This document shows positions 1 through 13,499 of a stretch of 64,000 nucleotides of DNA, piece after piece. Each line of letters starts with the position of its first letter. Positions within the stretch are counted from its first letter, which is position 1. Position numbers and translations under genes: made by a program. The notes under the pieces were generated by a model. It was not told the origin of the DNA. It ran no database searches and saw only the letters and a list, made by a program, of their open reading frames with translations. The stretch lies in the NCBI GenBank assembly GCA_964016885.1, contig OZ024743.1, positions 111,414,001-111,478,000 on the forward strand. Direction: 5' to 3'. The stretch is from Eledone cirrhosa. Its lineage: Eukaryota.

Positions 1-97
1 GATAATATTTTTCCTTTTGTTTTTTTAAAGAGTGGGTAAATGTGACATACAATATTAAATTATTTGTCATTGTCTTTCATTTTATCTTTAGAAATCG

Positions 98-163
98 TTA
101 TTATTATCATTATCATTAACATTATTATTGTTGTTGTTGTTGTTATTATTATTATTATTATTA

Positions 164-199
<36 letters not shown>
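98..199. repeat. (ATT)n/(GTT)n trinucleotide microsatellite
   Basis: Direct reading: attattatt/gttgttgtt runs. Confidence 0.95.
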
Positions 200-200
<1 letters not shown>

Positions 201-254
201 GTGTGATTTGTTGCTTTCACACTGATGTTGTCAGCGTTCTTCTACCAATGATAT

Positions 255-562
<308 letters not shown>

Positions 563-790
563 TTTTTTTCCTGTAATCTAAAAAAATGTCTCTTACATAT
601 ATAGTAGGTTAAGCATGTGTCGTTGCTGTTAATATCAAGATTATAGTGACCTATATGTTACTTTATTTATCTCCCCGATCATATTTATATATGAAATATC
701 CTACATTTATTACATAACATACTTGGTTTACACACGCTTCTTTCCAATGCATTTTTTTCCTTTTTATTGAAATCTTCAGAATCGTTAAAT

Positions 791-968
791 ATTTGTTTCT
801 AGTTTTGGCACAAAGCCGGCAATTATTTCAGTGCATTACTGCTACTTTATTTTATCGACCCGTAAGGATGAAAGGTAAAGTTAACCCCGACGGGATTTGA
901 ACTCAGACCTTAAAGGGACGTAACTATACTTGAAAGCATGGCATCCGACCCTCTACCGATACTGCCAA
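791..968 (-). mobile_element. tRNA-derived SINE
   Basis: Reverse complement reads TGGCAGTATCGGTAGAGGGTCGG (A-box-like), GAGTTCAAATCCC (B box), core TTTCATCCTTACGGGTCGATAAAATAAAGTA and end TGTGCCAAAACTAGAAAC; same family as the other copies. Confidence 0.9.
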
Positions 969-1174
969 TCCACAAACGATAGTTTACTACCAACAAAATG
1001 TCCGAGTGTCTCCAAACACGAAGAAATTCTAAATGTAAACAAACTTTACATCGAGTCAGGAAAACAAATATTCTGGAAGACAAAACAAATGTTAGTAATC
1101 CAAATACTATGTAGTGGTTACTTTTACACGTAAAACTTAATATACGTGCATTTATTCAAATAAACATTATAGGA

Positions 1175-1354
1175 TGGCAGTATCAGTAGAGGGTCGGACG
1201 CCTTGCTTTGACGTATATAGTTACGGCCCTTGCCATTCTGAGTTCAAATCCCGTCGAGGTTAACTTTGCCTTTCATCCATACGGGGTCGATAAAATGAAG
1301 TACCAGTAATGCACTGGTTAATTGCTGGCCTTGTGCCAAATGTAGAAACAATTA
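1175..1354 (+). mobile_element. tRNA-derived SINE
   Basis: A box TGGCAGTATCAGTAG, B box GAGTTCAAATCC, core GCCTTTCATCCATACGGGGTCGATAAA. Confidence 0.9.
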
Positions 1355-1675
1355 TAGGAATAACAGAAAGCATATAAATTTATTAAAACTAAAGTGACGA
1401 CCAATACTAAATATAAAGTTTGTTAAGAGAAAAATAATACAAAATTTATGGAATCTTAAAGTATTAATAATGTATCAATCAGTAGGATTATTTCTACATA
1501 TTTGGCCTAAGGTTTTCTGCAATTTCTAATACTGTGTACGCATGCATACACACATATACACATCTATATGTGTGTCGACGTACAAGTAGATGCATGTGTG
1601 AATATTACTTTCGGGTAAGATTATGTATATGCGATGTGTAGTAATCGACTACTACTTTCCATATGCATATTTGAT

Positions 1676-1739
<64 letters not shown>

Positions 1740-1740
1740 C

Positions 1741-1813
<73 letters not shown>

Positions 1814-1851
1814 GAAATATAAGAATCAAAGAACTGTTCAAAACATTATTG

Positions 1852-1898
1852 TGCTTACAGCTGTTTCCTCCAAACCGAGGTTTGGATTCTTCGGAGCA
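1852..1898 (-). ncRNA. Minimal type-I hammerhead ribozyme variant (inverted pLTR copy)
   Basis: Reverse complement of 5997-6043. Confidence 0.75.
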
Positions 1899-3343
1899 AT
1901 TTATTAATGCATGGACAGTTATATGACCTCCTTTTCAGCCGAGAGACATACCGATACATATTCAAACATTGATACATATTCAAACATTGTGGGTCAACAT
2001 TCTTTACAGAATTTAGAGTGGCAGTACACACTTCGAGATTACATTCATATTAAGAGGTACAATCAAAAATCAAAATACAGGTTAAAATACAACATGAAGA
2101 TAAGCGGTTATATAGTGCAAATGTTATATGTGTGGCACGCATGTGCGTCTTGTTTATATAGTGTGGCAGAGAGATATGTGTGGTAGAGGCACTTAGGTAG
2201 GTAAACAAGAGTGTTAGGTTGGTAGATCTGGTGGCAAATTCTTTATATGATTGATATAGTCTGTGTGTGGAGAAATATTATAAGCATTAAAAATAGTGCA
2301 AGCATTAAAAGTGTTAAAAGTATTGGAGATGCACAGCGCAGGGAAGTCAAGTATTTCATGTACTTCGGCATTTTCATGGTCAGGGGAGTGTATTTATCGA
2401 TTATATGCCCTTCACATAATCCACGACAATCCAGTTAGAGATCGTAGTCTGGTGTTCTTTAGTTCAATACAGGAGGCTGTTACGTTTCGAGAAACGCCAT
2501 TGAATACCGCCCGGAAGTGTGTGTGTGGCTAAGGGGAGTTAATGCATGCGGGGAGGTAACTCTGGGGTTTCTATACCTAGCTATTAAAATGTGTCCCAAT
2601 ATAGACCCTAATTTCTATGGTGATGCGCATCCTCCAAGAGAAATTTTTTAAAGCATAAAGTGTATTAACTATAGAGTAGTTTAATTAAGTTATGCTGAAG
2701 GTGATCATATTATTATGGTGATTAACCCATCTTAAGGTGCTACAAATGGAAATTATAGATGATGAGCGAGGATTCTAAATTAATGATCTCTGTGGTTGTA
2801 GTCTGCTCATATGACCAGGCGCGGTGATTGCAGGATTGCCTCAGGACCCAATGATCTCTGGTAAGATCTGGGTCATCGCTTGCTACATTGGATGTCGAGA
2901 GATAATCATCCCCAGGCCGGCCAGAGGTCAATCCGCAGTCCTCGCGACCCCTCTCTGACCGTCAGATCATCCATATATGTACAACCCGCACGGCTGTTGC
3001 AATGCATTCACTCACTGCGCTCAGCAGCCCGGTCCTACTGGTCAACAGCGTTACTAGATTAAAACATTTTTCATCTGTCTAAGGAAGGTGTTTCCTCTGC
3101 ACAACACTATCCAACCGATCAATTCATGCTCAAATTACCCTTAGAGCGGTGTAGTGCCGTTCAAGTGGGTGGATGTTGTCACATCTGACGTAGAGGTATA
3201 AATGGGTATTCTCCCTGCGAAGGGTTCCAGAGGGATGTCGTTGTTTGTGTTATAATAGATCAGTTAGTGTTGGGTATGTAGTATAAGGTGTGTCTCTGGT
3301 GTTTGATGCTAGATCTGGTGTTTGATGCTAGATGTGGTGTTAG

Positions 3344-4558
3344 CCTAACGAGAAACTTATTTACGTAGATACCAAGTCTAATCACCCTAGATCAATATTA
3401 AACTCTATCTCTACGGGGGTGTCCAATAGAATCTCTAGTCTGTCCTATCACGCAAACATATTTAGCAAAAACTCACAATATTACAATCAAGCATTAGCTA
3501 GCTCCGGCCATAATATAGAAATTGAGTTCCTACCTAAGAAAACACATAGCTACAACATCATCTCGCACAACATATCCATGAGGAAACCTAATAATAGGAA
3601 TAGCAACCACAAGCGCACCAAAGCGGAGGGTGCCACCGGAAGTAACCATTACCATGGAAACTACTGTGGGGCCTTAGGAGGAAGCAACACACCAAACACT
3701 AAAAGCAAAAATAGAAGAAGAAATAATACATTTTTCAACCCTCCTTTCAACCTAAATGTCTCCACCAACATACCTAGGGCTTTCTTCTCACTACTAGATA
3801 AAAACTTCCCTCTAGGACACAAGTACCACAACCTCTTAAACAAAAACACCATTAAAATCTCATACTCTACGACGCCTAACTTAGCATACCACATAGCTGG
3901 CAGCAATAATAGTAAAATTAGTTCTTACTTCCAACAAACAAAATCACAACGGGATGCAAACCCTCTAAATACCACTGTAGCAAGCAACCATAGCAACGGC
4001 AGTAACAATAGAAATAACACTAGTATAAGTAATAACACCAGGGTTGTCAACCCGAACACCCAAAATCCTATAACTACCACACAGACCTCCGCACTGCATT
4101 ATAACCAGCGGACTAACGCACAGGATAATTGTAACTGTAGAGCTAATAGAACCTGCCCTTTAGATAAAAAATGCCTAACCAAGGATATCATATACTCATG
4201 CACCGTCACAACTAGCAACTCTTCAGAAACCTATGTAGGCTCCACTTCTAACTGCTTCAAAATCAGATATAATTCGCACATCCACTCGTTCAAAAAGCAC
4301 AACCTAGCAAACTCCACCTCACTTTCTAGCTACATACACTATCTAAAATCTAAAAATAAACCATACACACTCAAATGGGAAGTGATAGGCAGCGCGACCT
4401 CGTACAAACCACCTAATAAATTTTGTAACCTCTGTATACTAGAGACACACAATATTATCTTCTCCAACCGAAACCTACTTAATAAAAAATCTGAGGTGTT
4501 TGCAACTTGCCAGCACCGCTTCAGACAATCCTTCCAAAACTTTAAGCCCAATATATAG
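3344..4558 (+). CDS. C-terminal part of PLE polyprotein: RT thumb/linker plus GIY-YIG endonuclease (5'-truncated, frame open from 3344)
   Basis: PNEKLIYVDTKSNHP...FFNPPF...CNCRANRTCPLDKKCL...IIY...YVGST...FKIRYNSH...CNLCILE...LLNKKSE...CQH; PLE endonuclease motifs (clade uncertain, possibly Nematis-type). Confidence 0.88.
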   Translation, partial: PNEKLIYVDTKSNHPRSILNSISTGVSNRISSLSYHANIFSKNSQYYNQALASSGHNIEIEFLPKKTHSYNIISHNISMRKPNNRNSNHKRTKAEGATGSNHYHGNYCGALGGSNTPNTKSKNRRRNNTFFNPPFNLNVSTNIPRAFFSLLDKNFPLGHKYHNLLNKNTIKISYSTTPNLAYHIAGSNNSKISSYFQQTKSQRDANPLNTTVASNHSNGSNNRNNTSISNNTRVVNPNTQNPITTTQTSALHYNQRTNAQDNCNCRANRTCPLDKKCLTKDIIYSCTVTTSNSSETYVGSTSNCFKIRYNSHIHSFKKHNLANSTSLSSYIHYLKSKNKPYTLKWEVIGSATSYKPPNKFCNLCILETHNIIFSNRNLLNKKSEVFATCQHRFRQSFQNFKPNI

Positions 4559-5996
4559 CAATGTCGGACTGGAACCTAACACCACATCTAGCATCAAACA
4601 CCAGAGACACACCTTATACTACATACCCAACACTAACTGATCTATTATAACACAAACAACGACATCCCTCCGGAACCCTTCGCAGGGAGAATACCCATTT
4701 ATACCTCTACGTCAGATGTGACAACATCCACCCACTTGAACGGCACTACACCGCTCTAAGGGTAATTTGAGCATGAATTGATCGGTTGGATAGTGTTGTG
4801 CAGAGGAAACACCTTCCTTAGACAGATGAAAAATGTTTTAATCTAGTAACGCTGTTGACCAGTAGGACCGGGCTGCTGAGCGCAGTGAGTGAATGCATTG
4901 CAACGTGCGGGTTGTACATATATGGATGATCTGACGGTCAGAGAGGGGTCGCGAGGACTGCGGATTGACCTCTGGCCGGCCTGGGGATGATTATCTCTCG
5001 ACATCCAATGTAGCAAGCGATGACCCAGATCTTACCAGAGATCATTGGGTCCTGAAGCAATCCTGCAATCACCGCGCCTGGTCCTATGAGTAGACTACGA
5101 CCACAGAGATCATTATTTAGAATCCTCGCTCATCATCTATAATTTCCATTTGTGGCACCTTACGATGGGTTAATCCACCATAATAATATGATCACCTTCA
5201 GCATAACTTAATTAAACTACTCTATAGTTAATACACTTTATGCTTTAAAAATTTCTCTTGGAGGATGCGCATCACCATAGAAATTAGGGTCTATATTGGG
5301 ACACATTTTAATAGCTAGGTATAGAAACCCCAGAGTTACCTCCCCGCATGCATTAACTCCCCTTAGCCACACACACACTTCCGGGCGGTATTCAATGGCG
5401 TTTCTCGAAACGTAACAGCCTCCTGTATTGAACTAAAGAACACCAGACTACGATCTCTAACTGGATTGTCGTGGATTATGTGAAGGGCATATAATCGATA
5501 AATACACTCCCCTGACCATGAAAATGCCGAAGTACATGAAATACTTGACTTCCCTGCGCTGTGCATCTCCAATACTTTTAACACTTTTAATGCTTGCACT
5601 ATTTTTAATGCTTATAATATTTCTCCACACACAGACTATATCAATCATATAAAGAATTTGCCACCAGATCTACCAACCTAACACTCTTGTTTACCTACCT
5701 AAGTGCCTCTACCACACATATCTCTCTGCCACACTATATAAACAAGACGCACATGCGTGCCACACATATAACATTTGCACTATATAACCGCTTATCTTCA
5801 TGTTGTATTTTAACCTGTATTTTGATTTTTGATTGTACCTCTTAATATAAATGTAATCTCGAAGTGTGTACTGCCACTCTAAATTCTGTAATGAATGTTG
5901 ACCCACAATGTTTGAATATGTATCAATGTTTGAATATGTATTGGTATGTCTCTCGGCTGAAAAGGAGGTCATATAACTGTCCATGCATTAATAAAT

Positions 5997-6043
5997 TGCT
6001 CCGAAGAATCCAAACCTCGGTTTGGAGGAAACAGCTGTAAGCA
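5997..6043 (+). ncRNA. Minimal type-I hammerhead ribozyme variant
   Basis: tgct-CCGAAGA-a-tccaaac(ctcg)gtttgga-g-GAAAC-agct-GTA-agca; palindromic ACAGCTGT stem III typical of PLE hammerheads. Confidence 0.78.
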
Positions 6044-6244
6044 CAATAATGTTTTGAACAGTTCTTTGATTCTTATATTTCATATAACTGCTCTGTAAAT
6101 CATCTGATGTTTTTACATTGAGCTACTTAACTTACTGGTAATAAGGTAGTAATACATTACTGCCTACCACTATTTAGGGTGTGAGTAAAATACTTATAAC
6201 TGCATAAGGTTTTGTATTTACATAACCATAAATAGTATAACTAA

Positions 6245-6281
<37 letters not shown>

Positions 6282-6322
6282 TTTAAAATATTGAGAAAAA
6301 TAGACATTCTTGCGATCAAGTA

Positions 6323-6389
6323 TATTTTATTATACATATTTCAGAGGTACTGAGCTAACTTCAACAGTACGTCCTCATCAGATGAAATA
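6323..6389 (-). ncRNA. Type-I hammerhead ribozyme (inverted arm)
   Basis: Near-identical reverse complement of 6526-6592. Confidence 0.8.
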
Positions 6390-6525
6390 AGATGATGCAT
6401 GACAAACCCTGACATAGTAGATGGTTAAGATTCAGTCATCTGAATGAATCTTAACCATCTACTATGAATCGTACCCTGACTGAATCTTAACCATCTACTA
6501 TGTCAGGGTTTGTCATGCATCATCT

Positions 6526-6592
6526 TATTTTATCTGATGAGGACGTACTGTTGAAGTTAGCTCAGTACCTCTGAAATATGTATAATAAAATA
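6526..6592 (+). ncRNA. Type-I hammerhead ribozyme
   Basis: tattttat-CTGATGA-ggacgtactg...cagtacctct-GAAAT-atgt-ATA-ataaaata; 8-bp stem I, canonical core. Confidence 0.85.
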
Positions 6593-6728
6593 TACTTGAT
6601 CGCAAGAATGTATATTTCTTAATATGTTGAATTAATATTAATAACTCCGGAAAACCAACAATGTTGAGTGGTTCCAATCTATTGTAAAGCTCATTCTTTG
6701 ATTTATTCATTGAACCTTGTTTAACCTT

Positions 6729-6862
<134 letters not shown>

Positions 6863-6884
6863 GTGTGTGTGTGTGTGTGTGTAA

Positions 6885-7000
6885 GTGTATTTTAACCATT
6901 GGTCAATCCGGAGATATAAAAGATACAGAAGCGAAAACCAACCAGACGGTGAGTGTGTTCTGTTATTATTTCTTGCAATATTACAATATTACAATATTAC
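6885..7000 (+). mobile_element. Fragment of PLE 3' end (family of 26865-27655)
   Basis: ggagatataaaagatacagaag...gtgagtgtgttctgtta matches the reverse complement of ~26900-26960; the gtgagtgtgttctgttattatttc part also matches 53403-53447. Confidence 0.6.
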
Positions 7001-7004
7001 AGCA

Positions 7005-8700
7005 ATCCTGATATGGCCGATCTGGGCCGTATCAGTGATGTTGATCCCCAACACACTATATCAGACATATCGTTTGGCGCCCCTGATGTCTTAGCGGCAA
7101 TAAACGAAATCAAACACAATTCAGCAGTTCCCTTCTTCTATCCTGAAGGTGTGTCGATACCAACTTGCATCGCTTATTGCTAATCTGTGGAGGAACTCAC
7201 TGGACACTGGCTATATTCCTGAAAACCTTTTGTCCCAGTCCTTATCCCAGTCTTAAAAAGGGAAATATGTCCCTTGCAATGACCTACCGTCCAATCTCAC
7301 TCACGTCTCATATTATCAAGGTATTTGAGAGGTTGGTCAGATCACGAATAACCCACTTTCTTGAAAGCAACGGCCCGCTAAACTCCAACCAACATGGGTT
7401 CCGTAATTGAAGTGACTGCCTAACGCAGCTCCTGCATCACTTTGACGATTTTTTGAGAGCCTTGGGAGAAGGGCTCCACCACTGATGTCATCTACCTTGA
7501 CTTCAGCAAGGCTTTCGACAGGATTGATCATAAGATTCTTCTGAAACAACTATCCAATGTTGGTGTCTCTGGAAGGTTACTACAGTGGATCAAATGTTTC
7601 CTGACAGGTAGAATCCAGCATGTTGTAGTCGAAGGAATAAAATCAAGCCCTGCCAAAGTCAGCAATGGCGTCCCACAAGGCTCTCTGTTGGGCCCACTTC
7701 TTTTCATCATCTACATTAATGACATTACTGACATCATCAAGCACAGCAACATCAGAATCTTCGCAGATGATTCCAAGCTCCAAATGGTCATCAATAAGGT
7801 GGGTGACCGGACTTGCCTTCAGTCAGACCTACTGGCTGTTATCCAATGGGCAGAAATGAATAATATGCTGTTGAATTAATCCACTTTGGAAAAAAGATGC
7901 CCTGAAACTACCATACTCTCTTCCTTCGGGTGAAACTCTAGTGGCATCCAATAACATCAGAGACCTGGGAGTAATTGTGGACAACAACATAAGCTGGGCC
8001 ACTCATATAAACAGCAAAGTTGATATGGCCCGCATAATGTGTTCCTGGATTCTCAGAACTTTCCAGTAGAGAGATATCCACACTGCTATCCTTCTCTTCT
8101 CCACTTTTGCCTGACCCCACCTTGAATACTATTGTCCACTGTTGTCACCCCACACGAAACAAAGTATCATGAAAGTTGAAGCACCCCAAAGGTCAATTGC
8201 GAAAAAGATAGATAGCATGACAGGCCTTGACTATTGGAGTTGATTAGAAAAGCTCAAACATTATTCTCTCCAACGTCGCCGTGAGCGCTACATTATCTGT
8301 ATGATGTGGAAAATATTCCATCAACTTTGGCATCACCTTTAGTGTACACCCAAGCTTGAGCCCCGTGCTATCCGCCCACGACAAAAATCTCACTCGCACC
8401 ACATAATAACAATAGGGCACAATTATTTCACCTCAATTGGCCCTGCACACTTTAACATTACAGCAAGACAGATCAAAGCAAAGACAGACCCCATCAAGTT
8501 CAAGAAGTCTTTGGATAAATTCCTTCAAGAAATCCCGTATAAGCCTCTTACACCCGGATATGCCTCTGTAAACAATAACTCTATGCTCGAATGAGCCATG
8601 GTGCCCACACACTGATTTGTAAGACTTCGCCAGGAGGTGCTATTAAGTTAGACATGGCCTGGGCTAATACTAGGCCGGAACCTATCAAACTTAAAGTTAT
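7005..8700 (+). pseudogene. Decayed non-LTR retrotransposon RT (CR1/L2/Jockey group), 5'-truncated
   Basis: YRPISLTSHIIKVFE, NQHGFR, DVIYLDFSKAFD, GVPQGSLLGPLLFIIYIND, FADDSKL, RDLGVIVD with frameshifts and stops. Confidence 0.9.
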
Positions 8701-9415
8701 ATGACCCTATATATATATATATAAGTGTAAGCTTAGAAAAATAGAAGCTTTGGCTGTGACCAAGCAAAGTCGACCTACAGTAGGACTGAGTTACAAAGCA
8801 CTCAATAAGAGTAATAACATACGTTTAAATAGCTTGACAAATTGAACACCGCATTTCTCATTGTCCTCCGCCTATTCATTGATTTCTATTTTCTTCTGCC
8901 CGTCACCCACCTTGTGGATTGTGTCTTTGTTGAAAACTGGCCAGGGGTCTCTGCCCTCTAAGCCATTTTTGCACATCACTGTCTTTGACAGCATTTAGCC
9001 TTTTTAACGTATGTTCTAGCGACGATTTTGTTTACTCCCCTTGCTCTGTGACAATAACGACCATGTCTGTTTGAATCAAGAATGAACTTCGACGTGACTA
9101 TCTTCTTAAAACCCTTCTGGGTTCTATACTGAACACTCTCTAGATTTGTATGCCTTTGAGAAGCCCTTTTCGGGCGAAACATACATAGCTGCTTTTGTAT
9201 AAACATGTTCTAACAGTATGTATTTTCCTTTATAATCCTTTCATTTGAAAACCGTTCTGCTTACATTCTAGCCCACTATATATTAACGCCTCCGATATTT
9301 AAACCTGTAGGCAAAAGTATTGAGCACAATGCACCAGATTATGGCAACTAACTATATGTACCGATTATCCCTTTAAACTTCTACTCTCTCACGATACTAA
9401 AATATTCTCTTTCTA

Positions 9416-9490
<75 letters not shown>

Positions 9491-9494
<4 letters not shown>

Positions 9495-9697
9495 TGTTAT
9501 ACTTTGGGAGGGTCATGTTGCCAATAAGAAACATACGCATCAGTCGTTTCACTTCAATTTATTATAATAAATTGAAGTCAAAGCATCTGGTGCGTGTGTA
9601 TCTTATTGGCAACATGACCCTCCCAAAGTATAACAATATCGGTTTCAACACACGTTTTCAGATAAAGAATCTTGCTAAACAAATTCAGAAACAAAAT
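9491..9697 (+). mobile_element. Miniature palindromic PLE-derived element (palindrome ~9491-9639 plus tail) in (TA)n
   Basis: tgttatactttgggagggtcatgttgccaataag...cttattggcaacatgaccctcccaaagtataaca; terminus shared with the PLE end at 26865. Confidence 0.72.
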
Positions 9698-9886
9698 ATA
9701 TATATATATATATATATATAGCAATAATAATGAATTTGAAGAATAAAATCCAAAGAGGGCTCGATAATGATAAATATATATATCAAATATATAAGGAACG
9801 TAGAGCATGTACAGTATAGTACGTTTATATGTTTATAAGAAATAAAAAAGGACCGTCTCTGTGTGACTCTCTTTCTTTCTCTCTCG

Positions 9887-9928
<42 letters not shown>

Positions 9929-10449
9929 ATTTGTTATCGTATTTTGGGCAGTTTGCGTGCTCAGCTCGCTAGCCGGAACGTGTCCTCTCGGAAGTAAAAC
10001 TTATAGATACTATTAGAAGATATTGTAGAGAAAACTGACCAGTAACTCAGAGGAGTGGTTATGTTTTCATGGTGAACACTACGGAGCACACTATTTTTGT
10101 GAAACTCTTTGTGTTTAGAAAACGAACACATAAAATATTTAACATAAACATGAATACGAATAATCATCTCGAATTAATCATGATGTAGAGTGAAAAGTTA
10201 TTGCTCAAAGTTGAATCAAAGAACGAAATAAAGAGGTGCAATAACTTCACAGTAGTTACAATTGACAACAACATCATGGCAACTGCCACAAGTATTGCTG
10301 CCATAGCAACGAAGACCACTGACGTCACTAGATACTACAACTACTGTATTGACGTCACTGCAGAGACATGGAGTTAAGAAAACCTAAGACTGTCATTTGC
10401 AACAACTGCTGCAACAGCAACAACAATAACAACGCGAAGAATATGTGTA

Positions 10450-10543
<94 letters not shown>

Positions 10544-10911
10544 CGTGTGTATGTGTGTGCGCGTGTATGTATGTGTCTGCGTGTGAGTGCGCACGTTATA
10601 TATATAGTAACATATAGAAAGATAGGCAGATATGCATACTTATATATATGGAATAGGTATATATAAACACAATGTAAACAGGTATTTATGAATCCATGAA
10701 TCCTTCCACATCACTGAAACCCTTTTACATCTCATTACATCTCATATTATTTTCAGCAACATTGAAGAAGTGATCGTTTTCATGTTATCTAAGAAATAAC
10801 AGGAAACACAATAATCACACATACATGCACACACGTTCATATACACACTCACTAACACACACTCAACCATATATACATGGGGATACATATTCAATTATAT
10901 GTTTCCATGAG

Positions 10912-10989
<78 letters not shown>

Positions 10990-10999
10990 TATATGTATA

Positions 11000-11099
<100 letters not shown>

Positions 11100-11104
11100 T
11101 ATAT

Positions 11105-11173
<69 letters not shown>

Positions 11174-11201
11174 AGTGTGTGCGTGTTTATATATGTGCTC
11201 G

Positions 11202-11237
<36 letters not shown>

Positions 11238-12176
11238 TATATATATATGTATATATATATATTCCTTTATTTATACACTCTCGCATTCGCACACACAATC
11301 ACATTCAGGTGCATGGGAACAAAATGCATGCGCACACATGTACGTACACATATATTCGCCGTCAACCATGCATCCTCGGTTTTGATAATTTGTGTAAACG
11401 CAAACGTTGTTTGCCTATATGCTGTACATACTGTGATTCCTGTCAATATCCCCCACCCCTTCTATTATATATCATCCTGCGCTTCTATGAGGAGGTTTCG
11501 GTCTTAATACTCACTCCCTGGTGATTGCATTTGTGAAGAGGTTTTTGTCCCTTTTGTCGTAAGGTTTCCTTGGTGCTAAATGCTTTTAAACAACAAACAA
11601 CACGAAAACAAACAAAATTGTTAAATAGGGAAAAATAATGAACACAAACAAGCATAAATTAATCAACAGTTTTGTGTTAAAGTACAGACATAGATTAACA
11701 AAGAAATACATGTACTCATGCATACACTCAAATACACACTTACGGATACTGAATACTCTGTCGTACATGAGCAGACACGCACAAATACATATACAAATGC
11801 ATCCTGATACAAACAAACACACATACACACGCACGCACATACACTATCATAGAACAGACGGATGGCCAAAGCAGAAATTGAAATCAGAGACAAAATATGA
11901 CAATATTTGAACGAGAATTCTCTGGACAGAAGCTATGTACAAAAGAAAGAATAAATATGTTTTCTTTATTAGAAGAAATTAAGAAATACAATTGTGATGG
12001 TTTGAATGAATTGAATGAAAGAAATTCTTCATCAGGTTATTCATGTATTTGTTTTTCAATGAAAGAAAAACGGTTAAAAAAAACATTGCCTAAAGGGCTA
12101 TAAGAAGGAAAGTAAACTTTCAATGTTCAGTAAAATAAAAGACAGGAAAACGATGAAGGTAAGCCCTGCAGAAGTG

Positions 12177-12226
<50 letters not shown>

Positions 12227-12298
12227 GTGTGTGTGTGTGTGTGGTTGTGCGTGTGTGTGAGGTAGTGTGTACGTTTGTATGTATATATTCCTATATAT

Positions 12299-12372
<74 letters not shown>

Positions 12373-12729
12373 GTAAATGAGCAAATGGTGGAAAACGGTG
12401 ACGCGAAAACTAACAGCAGAAACAAAGGGAATGGAAGAAATAAAAGCTTTTAAAAAAAATGAGCCAATAACAAATACACAATGTTTGGATGTTTTTATAT
12501 GAGGCAGGGGAAAAAATATGTTTGAGGAGTAAAACGGAAGGAAGCAGCAAATAGCATACCGACAAAAACATAAAATGGAAGAAAATGTGAGAATGATTAC
12601 GAGAAATGAATATATGTAAAAATGGAATGTAACTGAAAGACAAATAATATTTTTTATCTATCAATGAAGCAAGTAAATAATGAACGGTAGGAACCTAAAG
12701 GATTGGGAACAAACACATATTGAAAAATG

Positions 12730-12790
<61 letters not shown>

Positions 12791-12896
12791 TGTGTGTGTG
12801 TGTGGGGGGGGGGGGGTATTTATATATCCATATGTATGTGTGTGTGTGAGTGTGTGCATTTGTGAGTGGGAGTGTTTCTGAGCGTGGAAGAGGATG

Positions 12897-12985
12897 TAGA
12901 AGAAGAAGAAGAAGAAGAAGAAGAAGAAGAAGAAGAAGAAGAAGAAGAAGAAGAAGAAGAAGAAGAGCAACAACAACAACAACAA
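12897..12985. repeat. (GAA)n + (CAA)n microsatellite
   Basis: Direct reading. Confidence 0.95.
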
Positions 12986-13109
12986 AAACACCCAACAACA
13001 AGAAGATTACGGGGAGGGTCAAAAATGGTGAAAACAAAAGAAAGAACAAACAACAATCGAAGAAAAATATTAGTAAATGTGGATATAACGATGAGACTCG
13101 GTCTCTCTT

Positions 13110-13146
<37 letters not shown>

Positions 13147-13499
13147 CTCATCTCTCTCTCTCTCTCATCTCTCTCTCCTCTCTATCTCTCTCTCTCTCTC
13201 CTCTCTCTTTCTCGTCTTTATCTCTCTCTCTCTCTATCTCTCTGACCTTACCTAAACAAACAAATAACTTACATAGCGTTTAAAGCGAATTTTACCTTTG
13301 CCCTTTCTTGCTGGCTAAATGAAACAACTGTATAATATAGGGGTCGGTTTTCTCCGTCCCCTCACATTATCTCTATCTGAAAAAAAAAGTATTTCTTTTA
13401 GATTTCGAGAAAGATATCTTCCAACAGATCTATCTAATCGTCCTCTCTAAGCATATTTAAGTATTTAATGAACCATGACTTTGCATGATGTTAGTATTA

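Larger units (their letters stand above)
1810..6249 (+). mobile_element. Penelope-like element, 5'-truncated, with inverted pLTR (1810-3343 is the reverse complement of 4576-6085) and 3' tail (6086-6249), inserted in (TA)n
   Basis: Near-identical ~1.5 kb inverted repeats (mirror ORFs in the track), GIY-YIG ORF between them, hammerhead motif in each arm, (TA)n on both flanks. Confidence 0.93.

Noticed and set aside
1911-5984. Mirror-image small ORFs in the pLTR arms
   Set aside because: Consequence of the inverted repeat; no recognisable protein motifs
8940-9380. Possible RT remnant on the minus strand
   Set aside because: Motif similarity too weak to call
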